Shown: one piece after another, positions 1 to 13,099 of the stretch
Layout: every line of letters begins with the position of its first letter
Position numbering within the stretch: the stretch's first letter is position 1
DNA from: Gnetum montanum
Lineage: Eukaryota; Plantae; Gnetophyta
Direction: 5' to 3'
DNA length: 64,000 bases
NCBI GenBank assembly: GCA_015680685.1
Contig: MNCI01001810.1
Location: forward strand, 218,327 to 282,326
Position numbers and translations under genes: made by a program
The notes under the pieces: generated by a model
What the model saw: the letters and a program-made list of their open reading frames with translations, nothing else
Database searches by the model: none
Told to the model about the DNA's origin: nothing

Positions 1-1145
1 AATGTGAAAGGATGGGGGTTTCAGAAACTTTCCCCCTTCAATGTAGAGACCACATGCACAACCTGGAAACCTTTCCTCCTTAGAGTGGAACTTTCCCCCC
101 AATGTGGAATCTTCACTCCTAGCATTGCAAATTGCATCCCCTAGTGTGGAAGCCATAAAAGCTAGATTTCAAGAGTTCATGCATTTCAATGTTGACCGAC
201 CACTTCAGCAAGCATGGTGGAGAGCTCAGCATGGAAGATTCATCTCTAGCATGGAAGTTGTGCCTTGGTTACTATTTTTGGGGAAGTTGTGCCTTGGTTA
301 CTATATATAGTAACCCTCCAATTTGGGCATCCATCTCACTTGCATTTGCAGCAATTTTACAACCAATTTGCAGCCATTTTACAGCCAACTTGTAGCCAAA
401 TCACAACCATTTTGTAGCTTCATTCATGGCCCAAAGAACCTATAAAAGCCAACCTTAAACACCATTTACAGGTTCCAAAATTTGACAAAGTTGGGAACTT
501 TACACTGATAAGCAATTTTACATAGTTCAACAACTATTGGCATACACATAAAATTGTTTGGGGCATTCTTAGGCACTCAAGAGCTCTTGCAAGTTCCCAT
601 ACTTGCATTCTCTTGAACCATGGTGTGGAAGAATTATAGCCTTGAGACTTGTAAACGTTTGGTGTCAAAGTTGCATTTTTGAGGCTTCCAATCCCTAGCA
701 TGGAGCACTATGGTAGCCAAATTTCTTACATTTCTCATCCTCCAATAGTGATCCAACTTGCAGATTTGAGATTGTAGTAGAGGAAGTTTGATAGAATCAA
801 GAGTGGCTTAGCATCTAGATTGTGAAGTAGATCACATCAGCTTCAGTACACATTTCTCTAACTTACACTTTATTATTTCTCAATAAAGTTTTAAGTTTTT
901 GGTTTTGCTTACAAAATATATTTATTTATTCTTTGTGCATCATTTTAGATCTTCTCTTAGTTTTACATTCTATTTCATTTTATTACCACACTTTGCATTT
1001 TGTAAGTTGCTAGTTGATCTACTAGATTAACCAGAATGCCTTGAATCACATTTTTCTCATAGAGGCCTTAGGGATTTGTGTGTTGAGAAACTATTGCATT
1101 GAGGACATTCAGTTTTTCTAGCGATTGAGGTTTTCAATTCTAATA
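1..1145 (+). repeat. 5' LTR of element A (partial)
   Basis: Aligns by eye to the 3' LTR; ends ...TTCTAATA just before the PBS, where the 3' copy ends ...GTCACAACA; TATAAAA at 441. Confidence 0.9.
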
Positions 1146-1152
1146 GTTTTTT

Positions 1153-1168
1153 TGGCACTAGAAGGAGG
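1153..1168 (+). promoter_or_regulatory. Primer binding site, tRNA-Asn
   Basis: TGGCACTAGAAGGAGG, one mismatch to TGGCGCTAGAAGGAGG, the complement of the plant tRNA-Asn(GUU) 3' end as recalled. Confidence 0.85.
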
Positions 1169-1319
1169 ACCTTTGCCTAAATTCTGTGACCAGATCTGTT
1201 CTTCTCCATTAGTGATGTGGCCATTTGTAAAATTTTCTTTGATTTTTTGTAGTCAAATCCTTTGGAGAATCAATGTTAATCTTTTCCCCCCTTGTGAGCA
1301 AAAACTACAGCATGGAAGT

Positions 1320-2190
1320 TGCAGGTGGTTGAGTGTTGGCTTTTCGCAACACTTGTTGTGAATGTTACAACCCAAAGCTAGTGTTGATATCTCTTCCATC
1401 CTATTTTGTTTCTAATATTAATATTTTATTCTCTAGTTTTGAAAGTGGATGATTCAACTTTTCTGTAAGTTAGCTTTCCCCCATTTTTCCAAGCTGAGAA
1501 AATTGGTAGCTAGCTAAAACTAGTTTTAGTAGAAATACAAACTTTCCACTTTGTTTTTTGAGCCTTTCCCTCTATCAATATTGGATTAGGAGGTGCAAGA
1601 TCCCCATTATCTCACCCCTTCTTTGTCCCCCCTACCATACCTAGCAGAGAAGTAGTTGGGAAGCCTAGCATGGGAGAGGTTTAACATCAACTTCTCTAAG
1701 ACCAACTTTACAAATTGAAAGCCTTTTCTCGTATTTTTGCAATCAAAATTTCTAAAAGATCAACACTGCACCTTCCTCCCTTATGACCAAAAATTCAGTC
1801 TGAAAGTGGCAGGTGGTTGGGTGATGGCTTTTCATAGCACATGCTTGAATTTTTTCCTCTAAGGCTAGTGTTGAAGCTTTTCCATCCTTTTGATTTTTAT
1901 TGCAAATTTCTTTACAGTTTTTAAAGTGGGTGGTGTAGCCCTTCTGGAAATTACCAAACTTCTAGAAGTTGGCTTTCCATTTTTCCAAGCTAAGAGAATT
2001 GACATCTTGCTAAAACCAATTTTCAATCAGAAACCCAAACTTTCCACTTTGGCTTTTAGCCTTCCCCTTCATCAATGTTGAATTATAAAATGTAATATTT
2101 CCATTATTTCATCCCCTTCTTTTGTCCCTACCATACCCAGCGTAGAGGTAGTTTAGAGGCCAACTTGGGTGAGGCTTGAAACCAACATTT
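1320..2190 (+). repeat. Diverged ~490-bp tandem duplication in the 5' UTR of A
   Basis: GCAGGTGGTTG.GTG.TGGCTTTTC at 1321 and 1809; downstream blocks also recur (AAGGCTAGTGTTGA, CCCTACCATACC). Confidence 0.75.
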
Positions 2191-2359
2191 CCAAATTTTC
2201 ATTCTTGGTAAGGGGGGAAACCTGTCTTATCCCCCCACTTACTAATTATAGTAAGTACCTCATTTTTTTCTGTTTTCATTTCCTTTAAAATTTTTTGAAT
2301 TTCATTTGCTGGAATTTTCTTCTATTTTACCATTTAAAGCCATTTTCACCACTATAGCC

Positions 2360-5300
2360 ATGTCTTTCCAACAATCTACCAAATTGTCCTTCACCCTCAT
2401 TGGTGAAGATCATAACCAACAAGCCATAAGGGTCTATGACCCCAAAGACCCTACCATCATTGAGTGTAGGCAATCTTTAAGGGTTAGAGGGGAGAGTCCT
2501 AATTTTGTAGCCATAAATGAGGATTGCTATAACTTCATTTATGTGAAAATATAGGTAGGTATGCGAATTCCACATATTGAAGTAGAGGCCAAGAGGAAGC
2601 TTGAGCTCATACATAGGAGTGGGAAGGAGTACATCCCTTCCCTGTATGATCAAATTTTCCTTAATAACATCTATGCTAGCATCCTAGCCCAGCTAATTTT
2701 CATGGAAGAGGAAGATGACAAGCATAGCTTTGAGGAACAATAGGAAGAGGAGGATGAATTTAAGGTAGAATTTAAGCTTGAAAACATTCTGGGAAGACTA
2801 TTCCAACAAACATCCCCCAAGGTTACAACAGCTTTCTCTAATGCTTTTGTTTTCTTCATGGGCATGGTGCAACCATATTCCACTCCTTCCTACCCTACTA
2901 TGATGGACCTAATGCTAGTTATAGCCATACATCAAATTTAGCCAATGCCACAAGCAACAAAATATAACACATTAATGCCATTTACAACATAGTCTTGATA
3001 TATAAAACCATTGATGTTGGTTTTTACCATCACAAATCCCCTAATTACTCATGTGGGTTTCACCATGGGACCCCAAGTTACATAGGGACCTAATTACTGA
3101 CACAAACATCCTTTTCTTTGTTTAGCCCATAAGCCACAATCATAATGTAACCTCTTCCTTCTATCATGCAACCCATAGTGAGGCCACAAGCCTTACAAAA
3201 AATTCCATAACCATATGTGCAAACTCCAAAACTTATGGGGCCACCATAAGGCTTGGATCAAGCCTTCCAAATGATCCAAGACTTGATGGAGGAGTTGAAA
3301 AGGCTTAAAGTCTCTACCACACAGACTGTCAAGATTATGAATTTCAACTAAGATAATCCCATAAGTTTTGTAGTCCCACCCTTGACACTTCCTCTTGATG
3401 TCCCTATTTCCTAATTTAGCAAATATAATGGAGAAGGTGATCCTAATGCTTACCTGATTACATTTTGATCCAAATGTTTACTCTTGCAACCATGGCCTCA
3501 TACCATCATGAGGATTTTTCCTATGTCTTTGACTAGAAAAACACTTGATCAGTATGTTTCATTTCCTAGGGGATCCATATCCTCTTTAGAGGAATTAGTA
3601 CCCTAGTCTGTCAACTACTTCAAGTATAATTTGAAGCCTAATACCATGCTTGACCAACTCATGAAGGTTAAGAAAGGATCCTTAGAACTTATACAGAAGT
3701 TCATCTAGCGATGGAATGAATTATTGAATGAAATACTAGAGCCTATAGCTAAAGCCCACTTGTTAGCCATATTTAAGGGAGTAGTGAATGCCTTTATCAG
3801 TCTAAACTCTACTACCTTAATCCATAGTCTCTTAGTTGAGCCTTCTTGCAAACCAAGAACATTAAGGATGTTACGGAGGCCAATAATGATTTAGCCTATA
3901 TAGCATATAAAAAGAAACATATTGGGAGAGAGAAAGAAGAGGGAAAATAAAAAAACACAATTGTAGCAACTTGAACCAAGGAAACAAAGATCACAAACCA
4001 AGGGCCTAAGGCCAATCCACCCAAGGCCTCCACCAATGACCACAATAACCAATCATCAGCCTCTAGGGCGACTACAATGATAACAACCAAACCTAACTTT
4101 GAATGAAATGATAGGTCCAAATATAGTACATTACCATTAAAACCATTCGAGTTACTAGATCAACTATTAAAAAGTGGGCACATGCAACACAAACAAATGA
4201 TTAAAGTTTCTTGAAAGAAACACAAGCAACTATGTGAAATAGCCAAGGACCCTACTCAAGAAATAAAGGATGATCCCTAGTTGCCTAGATACTTCAAGCT
4301 AGACTACTTTTGTCATTATCATCAATTGCCTAGTCATGACATCGACTTCTACCTTACACTAAAGGATGACATGCAAAGGATGATAGATAGGGGAAGCTAG
4401 TCTTAGATGCTTCTAATCTAGTTTGATCACAAAACTAATTGATGTAGGTCTAAAAAGACTCATTGAATGCTAATGAAAACCCTTATGTTATTTCAATATT
4501 CAACATTAATGATGATCTTAAACTTGCAAGAGAACCATTCATCATTCAAGTACCCATCTATGATGAAATGGATTCTTTAGCTTCCCTCAGCTTAAGAACT
4601 CCTTTTGTCATAAGAGTACCATCACGAGTACCTCCAAGGGAACCTTTTGTCATTAAGGTTTCCCAACCCAGTACAACCCAACCAATTGTAGTCCAACCAA
4701 CAGTGCAATGACCCCCTATGGTGGCCAATGCTATTGCATCTTCCTCACATCCAATAGTTGGTAACCAAAAAACTTCAGTCAAACAAACAAAGAAGCATAA
4801 ACAAATGACTGAAAACAAGGGAGATAAGCAGATGGAGGCATGAAAGGAAGTGGATTTGCTAAAGCCAACTCCCATTTTAGCTTTATCCATGACCTCCTTT
4901 GCCCCAACCCCTTCAACCAACAAGCCATAGGAGGACACCAAAGCCCACAATGAAAACAACAAGGAAGAGCCACAACAATGATGGCCTAAAGTTGAAGTTC
5001 ACAGTTTGGAATACATGGAGGAAGTAAAGCATAACCAGGTTGCCAAGCCCATGGCCAATGATAAAAACTTCCTCAATGTAATAGACCAAGTCAAGAAAAC
5101 CCTCAAGAAAAAAAATATAACTCTAAGCTTATATGACCTAATCATGACTTTCGTCACACGTCGTGAGGTGCTAGTGAAAATTTTGACTTCCATCCCCGTT
5201 AGTGAGGATATCCTCACTAATGAGGAATCCATCCATGTAGGGATGGTTCCTTTCTCACCAAAGGAGGTGAAGTCAACACACCTTGTATTTTGCAATAGAA

Positions 5301-5982
5301 AAATTAAAGTTAATCCCAAAAATGAAAAAGTAACAACAACACCTTTATTCATAACCATACACATAGGATAATTTAAAGTACATCTAGTGTATGTTGATGA
5401 TGGAGTCATAACCAATGTCATCCTATGCATCATCATTAAATGCTTGGGCTTAACTGAGTAGATACAACCTACAACCACCATAGCTCTTATGTCCTTCAAT
5501 GGATCAAGAGTTGCTATCAAGGGGTCTATCTCCTTGGATTTTGTAGTTGAGGTGCAATTTCCTACAATATCAAATTTCTTGGTGGTTGAGGAGACACCAA
5601 GATTCAACTTGATCCTAGGAAGGCCTTGGTTGGCTCAATTATGAGTTGTTTCCTCTTCCATCCATTAAGAAATTTACTCCCTTATGAGGAACTTGAAATC
5701 ATCATTCATGGTGATAACGTGGTTCTCCTAGCTATCAACAAAATAGACATAGAGTAGGAATACAATGTAGAGCCTCAAGAAGAAGCTCCTTGCCATGAAG
5801 AGCAAAAACCCAAGAAAGCCAATGATGACAATGATAAGCAGCGAGATACATTATGGGATGAACTTCCTTTTTACATTGTAAGTGAAGGGGATGGTGAATA
5901 TAAGGTTGTGCAATGTAGGCATTACTCACTTCCTAATCTTGCAAAGATTAGGAAGAATCTACACAAGAGAAGTTTGCCTTAA
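2360..5982 (+). pseudogene. gag-protease of element A (many stops and frameshifts)
   Basis: KYNGEGDPNAYL, YFCHYHQLPSH knuckle remnant, SLYDLIMT, VDDG protease site, FNLILGRPWL; homologous to C 45345-49596. Confidence 0.9.
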
Positions 5983-6211
5983 ACTTCTCATGCCTCTATG
6001 ACTAGATGCATCGATAGCCGTGTAGCCTTAGTTTTCTTTTGAAATTTATTATATCTTTTTATGCATATATTATTTTACTCTTTATGCATGTAGCCTATGC
6101 ATGTTGCCTAAGTTCATTTGAATTTTTACCTATTTGCTATAGCCTTTCTTTATTTTTACTTATGTTATAAACATTGAAAAAGCCTTATAAATATATGTCT
6201 CTTTCATACCA

Positions 6212-6450
6212 TGTTCGTGAAGATGTTAAACTAGCATTATTGTTCGTTAAGATGTTAAACTAGCATCCCCGTCCACTAAGACATTAAACTAGCATCCCCA
6301 TCCACTAAGACATTAAACTAGCATATAGTTCACTATGACCTTAAATTGACATCACAATATGCTAAGCCTATGAGTTGGCAATATGGCCCATCATGGCCTT
6401 ATACTAGCAAAACTATATAACTTGTGCCCACAATGGCCTAAAACTAGCAA
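6212..6450 (+). repeat. ~29-bp tandem array with TTAAACTAGCA core (A, after gag-PR)
   Basis: About 8 units, e.g. TCCACTAAGACATTAAACTAGCAT twice. Confidence 0.9.
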
Positions 6451-6724
6451 ATGTTCCTTTTATTATTATATCTCTCTTTTCTTGGCCTATTATTGCATCA
6501 ATTAGCTATTTAATGTTATAACCAAAATGTCAACATTTACTGCTACTATGAATACATATAGCCAAAAATAAAAGTAAAGTTTAAATTTAAAGTTAAAATA
6601 TCCACAACATACATAAGCCATGGGCACAATGTGTGGCAAGAATGTCAAAGATAACAACCATATATAACATAGTCTTAGCTAATTATAGCCATCAACATGA
6701 AAATAAAAACAAATAGCCAACAAG

Positions 6725-8931
6725 CTAAACTAATGGAGGCTGCTGGGTGGCATCTGGAGGAGGAAGTAATGGGTCATTTCCATCCTCACCATTGGGCCTA
6801 CCAATCTCTCCTAAGGCCTGAAATGCAACAACATATAGCCTGTTAGTAACCCATAGACAAAATCATGACTTAAAAGAAAAACTAAAACATAAAATGCATG
6901 AAACCTGTGGGGTGTTGATCTTGGGATGACCAATGTAGCACAAGATAACCACCAACTCCACAATGATGAGGATGGACCTCAAAAAGGTCCTGCATGAAGT
7001 AAAGTAAAAAACATTATGACATATTAGAATTAATTAGCAAATTTAGAGAAAAAAATCCTAGTCGGAGGTGAAATTAGCCTATGTAAAAATATTTAAAGTG
7101 TTTATCTAAATTAGCTTAAGAGATTCACAAGAAAACATTGTTAAAATCTTATGTACCCTTACATTATAGAATTACTTAGCAGATTTGGAAAACACATCTA
7201 GTAGAAGGTGAAATTAGTCTTTGTAAAAAGCTCTAAGATGCTTATCTAAATTAGCTTAAGGAATTCCATAAAAAATCATTATTACCATAACTAAAATATC
7301 ATAGCCAAAACATTATAGCTAGAACTAAATTTTGGTCTAAGTTATGCATAAGTTTAGAAAATATCATCTAAATTATGCATAAATTTAGAAAAAGCAAGCA
7401 TAAGTTTAGAAAAAAATAGCTAAGTTATGCAAAGCATGCATAAATTTGGAAAAAGCATCTAAATTATGCACAAATTTAGAAAAAGAATCATAAACTTAGA
7501 AAAAACCATGTAGCCATAGTAAAAGCTTGCTAAAAATAGAAAAAGCTTTTACTCTTCTTTAAAAAAAATTAAGCATTAGTTTTACATGTTGACAAAAGAA
7601 CAACATAAATTTTACATGTGAACCACTTTTGTCTCAAAATGGATGAAGTATTACATCCATGATTTTGGCTTGTTCACACAGCCATAGCCAAAAAATTCAT
7701 CAAAAAATTGTTTGTGTTCTAATTTCAATGATTCCACCATTAAAAGAATCCTAAAATTATTAACCTTATAGTGATGATCATTAAAATCAAAAAATTATAT
7801 TCATATATCCATAGAACATGAAAAACTCTAGCCAAAATCGTAGCCATCAACATTTACCCCTTTTTGTGTAGGGTTGGTAAAATATTCATTTGACCTCCAA
7901 ATGGAGTGATTCCACCACCATTTGAAAGCTAAAGTAGAGTCCTACACACCCATTCTTAGAAAAAATTCAAAATACTTGCCATTTATGTAGGAAATATTTG
8001 TCAATTTGGAAAAGAGTTTAAAATTGGCACAACCATCTTTATTACACATTTTTAGTAAAAAATTTGTATAATTTTTAAAGTCTAATTAGAGTAATTCCAC
8101 ATCTGTTGGAAAGTTGAAGCCAAGGCCTACTCAACCATAACCAAAAAATAGCCAAAACCTTTGCCATTTCCTTACCAAAAATTTTCAAATTTGCATGAAA
8201 TTACAAAAGTGGCATAAAGAACCTAATTGCACAATGTTAGGAAAACAACCATAACTTCATCGTATGAATCCAAATTAAATGAGATAATATCTATTAGAAA
8301 GCCTAAATAAGGGATGCAAACCCATAACCTTAAATTTCACAAATGTGTAGCCATTATCCCAAGAAAAAAAATACACAACATTGCTTGCTTTTTCATGTCA
8401 AAACTTCAAAAAATTTCAAAACCTAAATTTCACATAACCATGAAAATAGTTGAAGTAGCCAAAACCATTGAAACCCATTAAAATTTACACCAAAATAATT
8501 TGGTGGGATTTTGTTGAAATTTAATTTTAACAAATCCTAAGGCCTAGATCTAAAAACTGCCACACCCCAAAATTTTGGAAAAGAAGCATGAAATAGCAAG
8601 CCCTATTTTCAAAATCAAATCTACAAAAGCTAAAGTAATGAAAAAACCATGGATCCATGTGGAAATAGCCAAAATATAAGGTGGGATTTCATAAAAATTC
8701 TATTTTAATCTCTCCACTATAGTAGATCTGAAAAAATGGCTCAAACACATGATAAACAAAACTAGAACAAACCTTAGAAAACAAAGGTGAAAGTAGGTAG
8801 AACATCCTACCTTGGAACAAAAATAAAAGAAGCCTATATGGAGATGGACCTAGGTACTTTTCCTAAGCATGTTTATACACCTTCTAGATCATAGGGTTCT
8901 GGCTCTTTCCCCCTCGTTGCTTTAGCACCAT
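6725..8931 (-). pseudogene. Antisense accessory gene of A, internally deleted (exon 1 8931-8811, fused exon 6989-6905, last exon 6817-6725)
   Basis: Homologous to B exon 1, start of exon 2 (ILIIVELV) and last exon; GT-AG boundaries intact. Confidence 0.8.
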
Positions 8932-9401
8932 GGTTGGCTCAATGCTGGGAATGTTTGAAAACTAAGAAGGATGGAAGATCAATGCTAGTTGTGAGGAAGA
9001 TGGGAGGCTTTTATGCTAAAAACTAGTTGTTATTGCCACAAGAACCTCTTCTAGAAGTCTCCTCTAATGTGTTGTTTTTGTGGAATGACAATATGATTAA
9101 AACTTGCAAAATTTGATATATAAAATTCATTTAAAACCTAAACACACACCTTGAAACCCTAGCCACTAATTTAGTGCACCATAACTCTAAGTGCACTAAC
9201 GTGAGAAGGGGGTAGGTAGGGATGGTGGGGAAGTCTTGTTCATCTTAATTTTGGATGGGAAACAACTTCAATTTTCAAAATTTTAAATTTTTAAATTATG
9301 ATCCCCACCTTGCACCTTCTCTATTAACCAAAAATTGCATCAACGTTGAGCTTTTTTCTAATTTGACACTTAAAACCTTATGGAAACCTTAGCCCCCATG
9401 C

Positions 9402-12400
9402 ATCTGCACTAGGAATACCATGCCCAACATGGAAACATGACTCCTATTTCACAAAGCCATCAAAACACAAATAATTTACTATTTTTGTTAACCCAAACTG
9501 ACCTTTTTTAACCTTGGGTTCCCAAAAGTGGGTGAGACATGAATAAAGCTAGACACCATGGGTTTCCACATTGGGATAGTAGTTCCCAACATGGAAGAAG
9601 TAAGGTAACACCAATTCTTACCCTCTAGCACCCATCTAGCCCATTTTTGACTCCTTAAGATGGGCTCACATGATCCAAAACCCCTCCAAGCATCTCTGAT
9701 AGCCTCAGAACCCCACCAAACCTAGTTGAAAATAGTCAAAATATGAGATTTGGTGTTTTTGACATTGAGGGAGGGTTCTTCCATGCTGAGGCTCTCACCC
9801 TTAGCATGGATAGATGGGGAGAATCTAAAAATAACCTAAATCATAGTGACTTTTTCTTGATGCCCAGTAACCCTTAGACCCTACTGGAATACTTTGGAGC
9901 TTCTAAAAGTCCCAAAAGTGGTTAAATATGGCACAAAACTACCATTCCCATCTCATCCACACTAGGGCCACCAATCCTAGCATGGAAAAAATGGGGGAGA
10001 TTACATGAGGTACTTAGAAGCCTCCAAACTATTGAATATTGACACCCAACATTCACCGTTGACACTGACAAGGTTAACATGCATGGTCGATCAACTGTTG
10101 ATTTGGCCTAGATCTAACTTTCTTCACTAAGGAAGACCTTTTCCACATTGAGCCTTTCACCCTTAGTGTGGATGGAAGGGAGGAAGCCTAAAACCCCCCT
10201 CATAGCCTTTAGAACAACTAGATTTTCATGTTAGATAATAATGGTCAACTCTAGTAACCTTGTGGACACTCATGCATAGCCAAATTGATCATAGAAAGCT
10301 AAGAAGTAATTTGCCCTAATTTTCCACATTGAGAATGGAAGCTCCAACATGGAAAAAGGGGGGAAAATCTAAAAATTTTCTAATGATCCTTGAAATAACT
10401 AAATTTTAACATCAGATATCAACAATCGATATTAGCAACCCTAAAAGCCTGCATGCATGATTGAAAGTGACCACAAATGACTAGAAAAGATTTTCCCTTA
10501 ATTTTTCACATTGATCATGGAAGCTCTAGCATGGAAAAATGGGAGGAACATTGAAAACCACTCATCAACCTTCAAAACAATGAAATTTTGACAATAAGGA
10601 TTGATAATTGTCACTAGCAACGTTAGGGACGTACATGCATGACCAAAAATGATGCAAAAAGGAAAAAATCTATTTCCTCCAATTTTTCACACTAGGGATA
10701 CTATTAAAAACATAGAAAAAGAAGATAAAGTTGAAGAACTACTTGAAAAACCTACAAACTAACTAGTTTTGACTCCAAACCCTAGTCTTTGACCCTAGTA
10801 GCCCCGAAAGCACACATGCATGGTCGATTGAAGTCAAAACTAGGCTAGATCTGAGTTTTATGGTGTTTCCATGTTGGGGATTTTTCCATCCATGCTACCT
10901 AGCATGGAAATTAAGGAGGAGACTCACTTGGGATTCATAAATACCTCAGAACAACATTAACTAAACCTGCATGCACTCTAGGATCCTACAACATCCTTTG
11001 AAGTCTTCAAACTTCAAGAAACTGATGTCAAAAGGTTGAAAAATGATTTCCCCTAGTTTCCTATGATAAGCATCCCAATCCTAGCATGGAAAAAATGGGG
11101 AAAGCCTAAAAATACTTAAAATATCCAAAAGTACCAAAAATTAACATGAAATCCTAGTCCTTGACCCTGGTAGCCCTAGAGGTTGACATGTATAATTAAT
11201 TGAGGTCAAAATTGGCCTAGATCTGAGATGAATGATTCTTTCATGTTAGGGATCGATTTTTCCATTTTGAGGATTGTATCCTCATCATGAAATATGAAGG
11301 GAAGACTTGTTTTGAAGTTCTAAATAACTTCAAATAACATTAAATAACCTTTCATGCACTCTAGAACCCTGGCAACAACAATTGGAGCCCTTAAAGTTCA
11401 CAAGACTAATCCTAGGTGGCCAAAAAGTGGTTCTTGCTAGTTTTCCACATTGAGCTCTTAATTGCCAGTGTGAAAAAAGTGATAAAGCTAAAAAAACCAC
11501 TTAAGGATGCTTAAAACTACTAAATTTTGATATGGATCCATAGCCCTTGGCCTTGGCAAATCTGAAAGGTAACATGCATAGTCAATTGTGATCTGATTTG
11601 GTCTGGATCTAGGATTCTTCTTCCATGCTAGAGTAACTTTCCCTAGCATGGAAAAAATAGGGGAAAGCTACTTTTCCACCTTTGATGATAAGATAACACT
11701 CCTAGAAGCCAAAGATCTACGTTGGAGAAGCCCAGGACCTCATAGCCTTAAGATTCTTCTTGTTTGACCTTATTTCAAGCTTCAAAATCCATTATCCAAT
11801 TATTCCATACTAGAGTAAATCCACTAGCATGAAAACAAGGGGGAAGACCTTTAGTGCCCTTAAAGAGCCTTCAAACATACCTGAAATTAGACAAAAACTT
11901 ATAGGATTGAAGTTTATAGTCTTAGGGGCCTAGAAAATTGGTCAAAGTGCTTCTAAATTAGTTTGAATTCATAAAACAAGTGTTCCCCTATTTTTCCACA
12001 CTAAGGATACCATTCTTAGCATGGAAAAAGGGGTTGGGGGGGGGGGGGGGGAAGCCATTTTGACATGTTTTGACACTCAAAATTACCTCAAACTACCATA
12101 AAATGAAGCTAGAGGATGCACAACCTCAAGATCTAAGTCTCGACTACTTATTTGACAATGTTTAATTCCATTTTGGCTTGAATTTTTTTTCCATGTTGAG
12201 CCCCCTTTCCGACACATTAGCTAGCAAGGAAATAAGGGAAAAAGGCTTCAAGACATACTTTTTGACCTTTATAGACCTATAGAGTGTCCAATTTTGATGG
12301 ATGTAACCCTGTGCTACCTTGGGAAGGTCTTGGAACCTTAATTTTGGACCTCAAAGCATCCCAAAACCTATTCTCTTTGGTTTCCATGTTAAGCCCATTG

Positions 12401-12405
12401 TGGAA
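9402..12405. repeat. Array of ~17 palindromic units, mostly 33 bp (TTCCAYRYTRG-N11-CYARYRTGGAA), at ~185-bp period in A
   Basis: Units at 9564, 9779, 9955, 10141, 10322, 10504, 10685, 10867, 11059, 11260, 11443, 11621, 11803, 11994 and others. Confidence 0.9.
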
Positions 12406-12774
12406 GCCTCAAAACACTTTATTTTTGGGTCCAAATAGCCCAAAAACAACACAAATTGATGCATGAACTCACCTAATAGCCTTGTAGCCTTAAAACATGT
12501 CCCACTAAGGCCTAAAACTAACAAAACCTAATTAGTTTTAACCTATATTAGCCAAGTTTTACCATATATAGCTTGTTTTACTTGATTTTTACCTTATTAT
12601 ATAATGTTTTAGCTTGTTTTTGGACTTGGGCTACCTTGTTAACCTCCTATGGCGTTTATATAGCCTTATGTGTTCTTTATTTGCCTTGTTATAACTTTAT
12701 TTATCTTTTTTGACCTTTAAATGGTAGTAAATAGTGGGGTTTTACCTTCCTTGACCACCGTTTGATACCATATG

Positions 12775-12865
12775 GCCATGGCTTGCTAAGGTCTTAAACT
12801 GGCATCATAGTCCACCAAGAATCTAAACTAGCATGATGGCCTACTAAGACCTAAAACTAGCAAAA
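12775..12865 (+). repeat. TAAACT-core tandem array (A, before pol)
   Basis: Three units similar to CTAAGGTCTTAAACTGGCA. Confidence 0.8.
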
Positions 12866-13099
12866 TTGTGACCTTCATTGACCATTTGTAGCCTTATTTC
12901 TTATGTTTCCCTTGGTTTGACCTTTGTTGGCCTTTATTGCACTTTGTGAAATTGTCCTTACCTCACTGATGATCTTGGATGACCTTGATTGCATTAGATT
13001 TTCATGTGTTTGCATAATTTTATAGAATTTTAGCATTATTTATTTACTTCTACCTAGGTGCCACTTAATATGCTTTTAGTTGACACGTAGGATAAAAGT

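Noticed and set aside
4558-5607. Long minus-strand ORFs over the A gag-PR (similar shadows occur over pol of B, C and D)
   Set aside because: Antisense shadows of retrotransposon coding sequence with no independent motifs.
12029-12052. Poly-G tract as a functional G-quadruplex
   Set aside because: Expansion of the short G run that follows many palindrome units; B has only a short run at the equivalent position.
9402-12405. Palindrome array as a CRISPR or integron-cassette array
   Set aside because: Spacers share residual similarity with each other, contain no convincing ORFs, and no cas or integron integrase is present.
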